DNA of 64,000 nt from Geosiphon pyriformis uo1 (lineage: Eukaryota; Fungi; Glomeromycota), in contig JAAOMT010000372.1 in the NCBI GenBank assembly GCA_016748015.1, positions 1-64,000 of the forward strand, written 5' to 3'. The notes beneath the pieces are model-generated. The model saw nothing but the letters and a program-made list of their open reading frames with translations, did no database searches and was not told the DNA's origin. This document shows positions 1 to 11,605 of this stretch, one piece after another (the stretch's first letter is position 1; each line of letters opens with the position of its first letter). The position numbers were made by a program, and so were the translations under genes.

Positions 1-709
1 TAATAAAGGTTCAGAATCAATAGATGATGAAGCAAAATCTTCTAAATTACTAGTGGTAACGAGGGTATTCTTATCGGTAACATTGATTAAATTGGAAAAA
101 TTAATTTCTTCATGTTCCGAATTGACGGATTCCGTTGTAGTAATATCATGAGAAGATTCGTCAATAGGTAATAATTCTCTTTCGGCACGAACACCCAACC
201 CATATTCATCAGCCAAAACATTTACATTTTGATGGTTACTTGTTTGATAATGAAATCTATCTTGTTGTCTGTAGATGGGCTCCGGTTCTTCGTAAACATA
301 TTGTTGTTGTCGTTGTTGTTGATGTTGAAAATATGGCTGCTGTTGTTGCTGTTGAACTCCCACGAGATTATTCATATATTTCACATATAATCCATCAATC
401 ATTTCTTGATATGCCTTTCTTCGACGCTGCCAGTATTCATTTAAACCACTTCGACGCTTTTGAGTAATAGGTGGTGAGCTAGCACTTCTACGAGGATTTG
501 TGATTTTTATGACATCAAAGCCAAACCCAATAGCCATTTGAATCGTAGAAACAAAACCTATAACCATGAGTAACGAATTCCATATAAAAAACCTAGAAAG
601 TGGTATTAATTGAAGGTAGGAACGTGACTTAGCTTCTTATTTCATATTCTAAAATTTGCCCTTTCTTTTATAGAATTCAACCATATAATATTGAAAATAC
701 ATACATCAT
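1..709 (-). CDS. Unknown host protein, 5' part (runs off the left edge); predicted exons 709-705 and 592-<1; hydrophobic N-terminus then Gln-rich low-complexity region
   Basis: Manual translation of the - strand. ATG AT|gtatgt ... ttctag|G TTT joins in frame to give MMFFIWNSLLMVIGFVSTIQMAIGFGFDVIKITNPRR...VQQQQQQPYFQHQQQRQQQY..., open to position 1. CpGs are retained. The ORF track missed it because there is no stop in the window. Confidence 0.7.
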
Positions 710-1011
710 TGTTAAATGAGCCAAAAATGCCATCCACCGGTTAATTGCATGGTATGCCACCTTTAATATATGAAAGGCAGTATGGAAAAGTTTAAAAAAG
801 AACATCACTGTAAGAGTGAGTATATACATTTTAGTCGCACTTCAACGAGTGAGAAAGGGTAAATTAAGCTGAAAATTTAGCAGCGGGTCGAGATTAAAAG
901 TTTTCTTAGCAGACAGGGTAAGTTTAACCGTTGGCATTTAGTGTGAAACCCACGTGAGCTAGTCGCGAGCTTGACATCATTCTACTAAAATTTTTTCTTT
1001 TTGTCGATATT
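710..1011. promoter_or_regulatory. Short bidirectional promoter region between the divergent unknown gene and DCC1
   Basis: About 300 bp between two divergent ATGs; contains CACGTG (951-956) and TCGCGA (963-968) palindromes. Function is inferred from position only. Confidence 0.5.
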
Positions 1012-2647
1012 ATGAGTATCAACATCGTCTTTACGCAAGATTATAAGCCGAACACTCACAAATTGTTCGAAATCCCGGCAGCCCTTTTGAGACTTTTTGA
1101 AACCCCACCCAACAATCAGAACTTAGATGCTTTTTCAGCATCAAGGTTTGTATTTTGAGTCAACGTACTTATGGTGTATATAACACAATAACAAAAGCCG
1201 TTCTCCAAAGTCTGTTCATCAAAGGTTCACCAGACGATCAGGCTTTCCTCTGTACAAAGAATAAAACTTATAGCATTCGTCAACAACATTTCTCGGACTC
1301 TTTATTATTATTAACACCATGTGCTAATCAGTCGGCTGAAAAAGAAATAAAAGGTTCAGAAAGACGCCCAAAAAAATCAAATCTGGGTGTTTTTGATATT
1401 CTTCATTCTGTTGCCGAGTTAGTTCCTTGTATCCCTAATTTTGAAAAATTAGTTGATTTATTGATGATAACTCCGTACAAAGGTCCTGATCAAGAAAAGA
1501 GGTATAGAGGTGTGAGTAAAAATTTAATATTATTACTAATTAAATTCATGATTAGACTATTAACTTTTTAAGCTGAATTTTTTATATATTTGAAGAAACC
1601 ATTTTACTCATGGAATGATCTCGATGATTTAATTCCAGCTAGTCAAGAAGAGATAAAACAGTTCCTACGGAAATGTTTTGCATTAGAAATAAATGGTATT
1701 ATTACTTCACTTTTATAAATCACTTCTATGATAAATTAAGCGAATAAGACAAAAAACTCAGCTTTTCTCTAAAAAATTGATATTCAAGGTTTTTGGAGAT
1801 TTATAGACATGGAATATCTTTTTTATCTCTTAAAACAAATTCTCGATACTGCCATCATAAAAGATTGGCCGTTAGAGAAAGTCAAAGTTGAGGAATGTAC
1901 CGATTTATTAATAGTTGATGGAATCCCCCCTATTTTAACAGACCACTGCTTAAATTGCTTTGCCGAGAAAATTGATTATTCTGATGTTTCAGGTGGGGTA
2001 GCTAATTTCTTTGAGGAACTTTTTTCCTTTTGAATCGATTTTTGACAAATTTGTATTTTTAGGTTCTTTTATCAGTCTATCAGAACCTAAAATTTGTTCG
2101 TTTATTGGAATTCAACTATTAACAAAAGAAATGAAGGTAGGTTAATTCTTTCACAGGCTTTATACAATGGATTTCATAGATCATCGATAAAACTTTGGTA
2201 TTTATATGAGAAAAGCCATGGATCCTATCCGACTTCTTAGCATGTTGGAAGGCAAACGTACCAGATGAGTTCGACGTTTCATTTCAATTACTTAAGGTGC
2301 ATAATTTTATTGTTCCTAGTCTGCTTAAAGCCCATATTTAAGAGCGTGATATTATTTTTCCACACCAACATTAGGGAAATGCCATTAAAGAGTATGATTC
2401 AAAGATGGGATGCGATATGGTAGAATTATTCCTTTCTTCTAATCTACCAACGGATCCGGAAAAGAGATTTGTAGAAATTTTCAAGTTCCGACCCAAATGG
2501 CAACCTGATGATATCAAACCATATTTGGAGGATATAGTCGATGAAACTTTTCAGTCCCTTGAAAGTCTTTTATTAAAATACACAAGATTATCAAAAGGAA
2601 ATGACGGAAAACCATTTTATCTGCCGAAATCTACACTGTTTTTATGA
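1012..2647 (+). CDS. DCC1: Sister chromatid cohesion protein Dcc1 (Ctf18-RFC subunit), 7 exons, ~388 aa
   Basis: Exons 1012-1145, 1211-1511, 1596-1695, 1789-1992, 2063-2136, 2216-2296, 2375-2647 join in frame through GT-AG introns (1167 nt). The motifs LFIKGSPDDQAFLCTKNKTYSIRQ..SDSLLL and C-terminal LPTDPEKRFVEIFKFRPKW..DDIKPYLEDI...LLLKYTR match Dcc1. Confidence 0.92.
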
Positions 2648-2729
2648 AATATGATAATAGGTTTTTCTAATATTAATGAGCCAAATACTTTTTTTAATCT
2701 TAAAAAAACCAGAAATTTTTTGCTCGAGA

Positions 2730-4026
2730 TGTGAATATGGTTATTTTTTACACTTTTGCCCTTTGCAACAACAAAAAAACATTAATTTTTAAAACACCCA
2801 TTTTTTCAGCTGTTGATTTACTTGGGCATTTTCATTGTTTGCACTTTTGTCTGACTTTAAAATTTGTTTTTACATTATATTTAAATAACCATAAATAAAT
2901 TTCTTAAAGTAATAATTAAGTTTAAATAATTACAAAACTAGTTTTTACAAGTTTTGAATATGTAAATTTGTTGATTTTGTTGATTAAACATTGTTAACAT
3001 TTAATAAAATAATTTTTAAATGGTTTTTGTGTGGTTTTTTTGTTTGCAAATTTATGATTTTTTTTTATTTTTCTTTTGAATGTTTTATTAAATGTAATTC
3101 AACTGTATTTCTTTTATAATAAATGTGTTTTTTATATTATATTTATTATAAAATTTTATACAAAACACTAATTTTAAAATTTTTTAATTATTTAATTTCG
3201 AAAATTGTAATATTACGTTTTTAATTATACAAATTCTATATAATTAACCAAAAACCATATTTGTTTAAAATTTTATTAATATATTATTTTAAATAAACAA
3301 ACATAGAGTTATTATTATTATTATTATTTAACACAAAATAATTATATATTTTACAAGTATAATTTAATTAGAAACTATTTTTGCATAAACTAATTTTTAT
3401 ATATTAAATATAAATTACATTATAACTACTTATAATTATTTATTTAAACCAATTAAAATTATTTTAAATTAAATAATAAAAACAATTTTTATGTTTTTAT
3501 TTTGCTAATACAAAATTTAAAAATCAATATTCTTAATAAATTTAAACAATTATAAATGATATTATTAATTAGAAAATAATAAAGTTATAAATAATTTAAT
3601 ATTAATTAATTATATAATTGGCTAAATAATAATTTAAAAATAAAAAAAGTTATATAATAATAATTATTAATTTATTTATTATAAAATTAAATAACTTTTA
3701 TATATTAAAATTTTAATTTTATAATATAAATAATTTTTTTTTATTTTTATTTAAAAAATTATATTGTTATTTATCTTATTATTATAAAATTAATTAGTAT
3801 TAATATTATTTTTATATTTATTAATTACCAAATTAGCAATATTATTAATTTGTATTTTTAAAAAACCAATTTAAATTTCATTTACAAAACTAAGTTTTTT
3901 ATTAATAATAAAAATTTAATTACAACCAGTTAAGAAACCAATAAATATAATAATAAATTTAATTAATAAAAACAACTTTGTTAATTAAAATTTTAAAAAA
4001 ATCAATCTTAATTTAATTAAAAAAAA
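2730..4026. other. Extremely AT-rich, CpG-depleted tract
   Basis: Almost only A/T, no ORFs, and very few CpGs immediately downstream of the CpG-containing DCC1 gene. Confidence 0.8.
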
Positions 4027-4163
4027 CTTCTTTTTCTTCTTCGTCCCAAATTCCTAAAAAAAAGTCAAAGTTTTTTTGAAAGAAGTTTTTTACAATTCAG
4101 TATGATAAATCCAAACTCTTTATTCTTGACTATGAGATCACTGTTGACTGTAGTATTGCTGTC

Positions 4164-5951
4164 ATGAAGAAGGCTGCTAAAGTTTCTGGTTCTAGTAATG
4201 GCTTCAGGCCTGTTTTTCCAAGAAAAAAAAAGAGAAGTGGTATTTTAAAGGATGGTTTTGGTGGTAAGATTGTTGGTCTTAAGGTCCAGGTTAGTTGCTT
4301 ATAGGGTTCAGAGGCTGGAAACACAACTGAGTCTAATAGCATTGATATGGAAGAGGAATGTCTGGTGAAAGAAACTAGTTTTGACTATAGTAAAAGTAGT
4401 GCTATTGCTGGTAATCCTAATTAAACACTTACTAGTTTAAAAACCAAGAAGGCATTAGGCAAGTCTTTGGGCAAAATTAATTTTTCTTTAAGCAACAATG
4501 AAGATGATGTTCTCTTGGATGCTCTATTAGAACTCCCCACACCTTTAAAAAATCTGGTCAACATTTCTGTTTGTAAATCTTTTGCTTTGAATATTGGTTT
4601 AGACAAGGTGGTTGAAAAGTTTTCTCTAAAAAAGCTTCAAGTGGTCAGAAAGTTGTTTTTAAAAATCAATGGTTTTGGGGGAGCCTCTACTTCCTCAAAG
4701 TTTGCTGGGATCATCAGAGCAATATTCACTTCCAAATCAAGTTTGGCACAGACTTCTAAAAAAGCTGAAGAGATGAAGATTTTGGTAAACTTCAATCTCA
4801 AAAAATCATCTGGGCATTCAGATTAGGCTGTGGTGTTAAAAAAAATTCCAATTGGTACATTAACTAAGGCTGTGCATGCTGCGCTATCCAAATTTGGCAT
4901 AATTAAGTCAATTATAATACAATTAATGGGGCTGTAACAGAAAGCTGTGGTTAAATTTGAACAGATTGAACATACTGATTTGGTTGCAGCACATTGGTCT
5001 ATCTTAATTGAGAAAGATACAGTGTGCATTGCTAAGTCTAATATGGACAAAGAGTCTTGGGATGTGAGAGATGCTTACAAAGCTCTTTTATATACTCTGT
5101 CAATAGAAACCAATGTGCATGATATCTGGAATTACATTATTTTAATAGGTGGGAAGACTTGTGTTATTGACTATTATCTGGTTACTTATGCTCAGACTAG
5201 GTGTGCTGTTGTTTGTTTTGATTTTGCTGAGTCACTGGATGCTGTCATGGAAACCACACCTGTTCTGAAAAAGGCCAATTTGCACTGGTCTTGTCTTGTT
5301 CTGGCTAAATGTGCCAAGTATGGGAAATTAGGCCATACATCTTTGTCTTGTTCTGTTGGTAGAAATAAGGGTGCTTCCTCTGGTGTTTCATCACAAAAAA
5401 CTCTTTCTGATTCTGATAAAAACAGGCTGGCTGCTATCTATGCTAAACACTTGGCTCTGGTTGCTCATTTAGTTTCTTTTAGTGGTGTTTTGTGGGCATG
5501 GATTGCTGGTGGGTTTTTTCTCCCTCCTCCCTCTGTTTAGAATGTTTTGTTAAATGCTGGTTTCTCTTTGGAAATAAAGCCTACTCCATTGATGTCTTTG
5601 GAATTAAATAATAGGTTTGTCACTCTTGAGTGCAGCCTTACCAGTCTCACAGAGTGTGTTGACATACTGGCTAAGAAATTGAACACACTTGAGCCAATGG
5701 TTTCCCAGCTTAGCCTTGAATATTAGCTGTTGGTAACTTTTTCATTACAGAATCAAGGGGTGGATATAGTGATAAGTGAGAGTTTGGGTGTGGTCACTAG
5801 TGGTGAGACTATTGCAGAAGTGGTGGTTTTTGATCTTTTAGTTATCTCAAAAATGGAAAAAACATTGAACAATCTTTTGATCACAGTTATGAGCTTTTTG
5901 GCTAAAATAGACAATGCTGGTTCAGTTTCTATATCTTTTTTTTCTCAATAA
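4164..5951 (+). pseudogene. LINE-1 ORF1 (RRM-like, Zn-knuckle remnant, coiled coil), multiple premature stops
   Basis: ORF fragments 4467, 4947 and 5730 are homologous to LINE-2 ORF1 (KSFALNI..., INGFGGAST.SKF.GIIR, CAKYGKLGHTSLSC). Confidence 0.85.
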
Positions 5952-8900
5952 ATGATAAGATCTGAAAAGTTACCACTTGTAACATTAAGGAAATGAACAA
6001 TCCTGCAAAACAGAGAGACATAATTCATTGACATAAAGAAATAAACAATTTGGTTTCCATCATTACTAAGACTAAATTAAAAGATAAAGTCTATCTATGA
6101 ATCATGAACAAGTTTGAGGATGTCTGTGTTTTCATCTCTGGTGTAAACTCTGGTTACTTGGAATTAGGTGTTGCTATTATTATGAACAATTCTTTGGCTA
6201 GTCATGTGTGCAAAGTTTCTAAAGTGTCTGATTGGATCCTTTCTATTAAGCTGCTTTTTAAGAATAAGCTTTCTGTGATGATTTTGGGACTGTATGTTGG
6301 TGCTTTTTTGGTGGTTCAGTTTTCTCAGACTGGTGACATCAATTCTTTTATTGCAAAGGCTATGAATGAATCTTCTTTCGTGATTTTCAGTGGTAACTTC
6401 AATGAAAATAATTCTCATAAATGCATTAGTTTCAGGAAATGGTTTGATTTGGGCCTGGTTAATGCTTTGGCCAGAAGCTCATTTGATAAAATACTGACAT
6501 GGTGCAATTTTTGTGGTGTTGTTAAGACAATTGATTATGTGTTCATTTCTTCAAATTTGGTTAATGCAATAATGGGTCACAATGTGGCTAGTGTTGAGAA
6601 TTATTTTGATACCAATTATGTGGCCATTTCTGTCTCTGTGGGTTTGGGTAGTTTGCTGGATGTTCAGTTGTTCTTGCTGCACAAGCAAGCTAACAAGAAT
6701 TGTTGGAAGTTTGACATCAAAAATGCTGATAAGAGGAAGTGGTGCAAATTTAGAGATGTTACAACTGCTAATACTGCTATGTTTTCAGATGTATTTGTGA
6801 AAGCTAAAAGGTTTTCAGATCTGGATGTGATGTGAAACATTGTTTATAAGGTCATGGTCTTCTTGGCCAATAAGACATTCAGAAAAAAATGGTTTAAAGA
6901 TTATGATAGTTTTTTTACCAAAGAATCTTCTAGGTTTCATAAGCTGGAGTTGCTGGTATCCAGACTGGTAAAGACTTCTTGTTTGGTTTTAAATGTAAAT
7001 TTCATTTCATTGCTGAGTACATGGGACAGGCTTGACTCTAAAAGTACAGCAAAGATGAGATTTCTTTTTTTTTTAGGATCTAATTTTAGTGTTATTTACT
7101 TTGGGCTGGCAAAAACAAGGAAGTCTTATCATTCTTTAAAATTGCTGAAATTTAAGCATGCTGAGGAATCTTACATTAAGTGGGCCATTACCAGTAGAAT
7201 GGAAAGTTTTGAATTAGATAAGGGTCATATCATTAGAAATGTGTTGGAGCATCTTTTTTGCAAGGTGGTATTGGATCATTTAGTTGTAGGTAATGAGTTG
7301 GTCTTGGAGCCTGATTTGGTTAAGTCTAGAGTAGATGAGATTATAGAAAGGTGGACTAAAAAACATAGGGTAGTGTCTGATATTTCCAATAATTGGATTT
7401 GCCAATATCAACCTTTGGATTATGTTTTTGATGGTGCATTTTCTGATGTTATGTGTTTGATTGGTTTTGATGAAATGTTTACTGCAGTCTCAAATCTGCC
7501 TAATAGAAAAGCAGCTGGTCTCTCTGGCATCTCTAATGAATTGTGAAAACACAATAACAAATCAGTTTTGAATATGCTGTTGGTATTCTTGAATCTGTGT
7601 CTAACTTGTGAATCAGTACCTAGACCTTGGAGAGAAGCTTGGATTTTGATAATTCCTAAGCCATATGAATATAGGGGTGTTTTCACGAATACTTATTCTA
7701 TTGCTTTGATCAAAACAGCTTGTAAAATCCTTTCCAAGATTCTTTCGAATAGAATTTTTTTGGCTTGCAGCACTCATGAGATTTTATGTGAAGACAATTT
7801 CTCTGTTTTAAAAGATATAACAACACAATTGCCTATTTTTGCCATCAGTTTAGTAGTTGAGAATGCCTTGGAAAAAAACTGCAAACTGTGGCTAGTTTTG
7901 CAGGACATATGTAAAGCTTATGACTCTGTTGATTGGGCACATATCAAGAAGAGTTTGGTTAAAATCAAGATGTGTGACAGGTTTATTAGATTTTTTGGTA
8001 GCATTCACAATGACCACATTAACAGATTGATGACAGATTTTGAATTGACTAATGGGTACCATGTTCATGATGAGTTGGACCAAAAGGAAGTTTTTTCATT
8101 TCTTTTTTGGTGCATATTCTATGATTTATTTCTATGTGAAGTCAAAAGACAGGAGAGTATGTGTGATTACAGATTGAATTCTTATTTCATTTCCAAGTCT
8201 GGTCAGGCAGAATTTCAGGCTGGATTGACTTCATTTTTTACTGCTGGTGTTTTTGTCAACAATACAATTTGGGTTGGTAATAGTTAGGCTGCTACACAAC
8301 ATATTCTCAACATTGTTGGTGAATTTTTCAGTTATAATAACATTTCTATAAATAATAACAAGACTGTGGCCATCCCTATCAACTGCCAAGTTTCAGACTC
8401 TTATCTGACTGTTAGTGGTTCACCTATTTCTGTCACCAAAAAAGAGGAACTTTATTGTTATTTGGGTATTTTCTTGTCTTTCAAGGGTCTTTTGAAACTT
8501 AGCTTGGCTAAAACACATTCAGATGTCTGGTTTTTTGTCAATCTTGTCTTGAGAAAGGCGATCTCAGATAAACAGTTTGCATATTTGGTTTCAGTGGTTC
8601 TTTTTCCTATTATTAGTTATAAAACTCAATTCAGTTTTGTTCCTATTAGCATTTGTAATAAATGGGATGCTCTGGTTCACAGAGGCTTGAAATCTAAATT
8701 TGGTCTTCTATTCAACTTCCCTATTGATGCAATCTATCATCTTTCCTTGTACAGTTTAAAGACTTTTGAACAAATTTAGGCTAAGAGCAAGTCAGCATCC
8801 CTTGTTTTTTTTGCAAATTTGTTGAATATTTTGGGTTGGTTATTTTTTCACAGATCTCATGATCTCCAGGTTCTTAGCTGGTGTTCTCAACACCCTCTAC

Positions 8901-10516
8901 AATTTCCAGTTTAAGTTAAAGTCAACTTCTCAAACAATTTTCTGGCTGGTATGATTTGCATTTTTTCTGGGTGTAATTTGTCCTTGAGTAGATCTCTAGC
9001 CAGTGCATTTCATTTTCAGAATGGCACTTCTATGTTTTTGTTCTTGGCAAATGTGATTATTTTAAGTATGTCTCCTTCCTTCAGCATTATGAGATTGTCT
9101 TTGTGAACCAGCTGTGCAATAAGCATGGTACTGTTTTTGGTTGAGCAATTTTTAAGCAGTAGAAATGTTTGGACTCTCATGATCCCATTCCCATCTGGTT
9201 TGAGCTTTCTGTTCATTTTTTTGGGGGTAAAGTTTCTCTTTCTGCTTGTCTTTCACCTCTAGATGGTCTTTTCTCTTTTGATGTTTTTTGGTCTCATAAT
9301 TTTGATGTTGTTAAAGTCAATTTGTTGTGTGTTAATACTGCTTGTCTTTCTGTGTACACAGATGGATCACTAAGTGGTCTGAATACTTCTGGTATGATGG
9401 CTGGTACTGCTGCCTTCTTTGAAGACATTAATCTGGGTATAGATGTGAGAGTCTTTGGTATAGTCTCTTCTACAATAACAGAGTTACAGACTATTGCTCT
9501 GGCTTTTGAGTGTGTTCTTTCTTCTCGTTCTATTAACTTGTTTTCAGACAGCCAGGCTGTTTTGGATGCTTGTAGGTTGAAGTCTGTGCTAGCTTATTCA
9601 AATTTGAAGAATTGGTGTTGGGTTAAGCATTGTCATATCTCTAATGTTATTCATTGCAAAAATTTGGATGTTAATTGGATTAAAGTTAAAGAACACTCTG
9701 ATGTCTCTGGCAATAAGCATGCTAATGCTCTTGTCAGGACTGCCACTTTCTCTGATTGGCACTTATTTTACATGATCAAGGAATGCTTCCTTAGGGCTAA
9801 AGGCATGGCTGTTTTCGGTAATTCTAGGCATTTTGTTTGTAATATTTTCTGATCTATTAACTGTGCACATTGGGAGATTGGTTCTGGTTTCTGGATCATG
9901 GTAGACAGCTTGCATGTTGATATTGATTGGTCCAAATTTTCATTGGTATGACACCCTGATTTTTACTTGGCTGCAGGTTTTATTAGTGCACATACTGCTG
10001 ACTTGTGGTCATATTTTATGAAGATGTTGCATCATCACCTCTCTGTTGCAGTGTGCAAGCAACTCTATAATAGGTGTTATTCCAGTGTAATTTGCTTGTT
10101 TTGTGGTAATATTGAAGTCTCGGACCACATTTTTTCTTGCCCTTTTGATATTGCTGGTTGTTTTTGGCTAGTGAAAGATCATGTATCTGTTTGGGAAGCA
10201 TAATCAGATTTATCTTGCTATTTTTTGTGTGTTTCACAGTTGTTGTATATTTGTGTTTCTGATGTTGTTGTTGGTACAGCTTTGTGTAAAAGCTTTGTTT
10301 TCAATGAGTGGTATCAAAAGTCTCTTTCTGTTTTCAAGAACCCTAAAGTTGCAGCTCAAAACATTATGTTCTTTGTGCATGAATTTTGTCTTGTGTTTAG
10401 GGATGATATCTGGCTGGTGTGTACCAAACACTGAGCTGTTATGGAAAAGAGTGGCCTAATCCCACATAATAGTTCTGTGCCTGTTTCAGTTTTTGGTCTT
10501 CCTGTGGTGCTCTCGG
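5948..10516 (+). pseudogene. LINE-1 ORF2 (AP endonuclease, RT, RNase H, C-terminal CCHC); last ~40 codons at 16246-16364
   Basis: Endonuclease GNFNE / KTIDYVF; RT KAAGLSGISNEL, LQDICKAYDSV; RNase H VYTDGSL..ELQTI..DSQA..WIKVKEHS; CLFCGNIEVSDHIFSC. Confidence 0.88.
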
Positions 10517-11497
10517 TGTTACCGGAGGTTTTTGGTCTCTTTTCTGTAATGTTGTTGATACTTATTTGCTGTGAATTCACGTTTTTTGGATGTGGTTGAA
10601 CCTCCAGTAACTGAATTTATCTTCAAATTATCTCTTATAATTTGAACTTGCTGGGCTTATGAGTGGAATGGCCAATTCCATACCAGTTGCTTTATGTAGT
10701 TATGTTGCAGTAAACGTCAACTCTTTCCCAGGAATTGTTTGTCTGGAAGCTCACTAAAAAATGTGTAGTTACTTTGCTGTGAAAGTCAACTCTTCTACAG
10801 GAATCTCGTCTGTAGGCTACCCTAATGATTGTAATAAGAAAAGAAAGAAAAATAAAAGAAGTGTAAAAGAAATAGGATCTTATCAAGGGAAACGTTTTCT
10901 ATCCAGGCCTGAAGTCACTAACAGTTTACTGAAATTGGTAGCTAATCAATTTCGAAATGATAGTTGGGTTTTGGGGATTTTCCAAGTACAATAATTAAAG
11001 AATTTGGTTTTTCAAATTATTTGATATTTATTTCTTTTTGTGTATATAAGAACGGTTTTAAGAGATAAATCTAAAGTAAGATACATTTTTTCGAAGAGAA
11101 AAGCTCTTCTTTTATACAACTTGTCATAACACTATTCTATGAACTCGAACTTTGCTATTTTCTACAATTTCGCTGAACTAAAGATACATTTTGGCAAACT
11201 ATAAGTTATTTCGGCAAACTATTAGATATTTCGGTAAACTATCAATTATTTCGGCGAATTTCTACAAATTTCAGCGAACTTTTTGAATGTTACATAGTTC
11301 GGGGTATTGCATAATTAATCATCGCAATTAGGTTACATTGGTGTTGTGTACAATTTGGGTTATTAATTAAATGATAATTTCGGACATTTTTGCTAATATA
11401 ATAAGTGATCATTTAAAACGATAATATATGCTAATTAATAATAGGAATTATAAGATAATTTTATGCTAAATAATATCTCTAATTTCATCTGGTAACA
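10517..11497 (-). repeat. 3' LTR of element A
   Basis: Aligns without gaps to 15261-16241; PPT (ttgagaaagaggtta) lies adjacent at 11498-11512. Confidence 0.95.
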
Positions 11498-11605
11498 TAA
11501 CCTCTTTCTCAAGACTGAGCTCCATCGAAATCCAAGTACTGTCTGTTTTTTCCAGATAATAATCCAAAATTATTGAAGAAATTTGGTCTGAAAATTGTTG
11601 AAATT

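Noticed and set aside
240-467. + strand 75-aa Val-rich ORF
   Set aside because: Antisense shadow of the Gln-rich - strand exon.
4005-4026. TSD for LINE-1
   Set aside because: Both flanks are A/T runs, so no unique duplication can be assigned.
10692-10994. Short ORFs inside A/C LTRs (also 15436-15729, 39955-40155, 48639-48974)
   Set aside because: They recur only because the LTR is repeated, have no recognisable motifs, and some are chimeras across insertion junctions.
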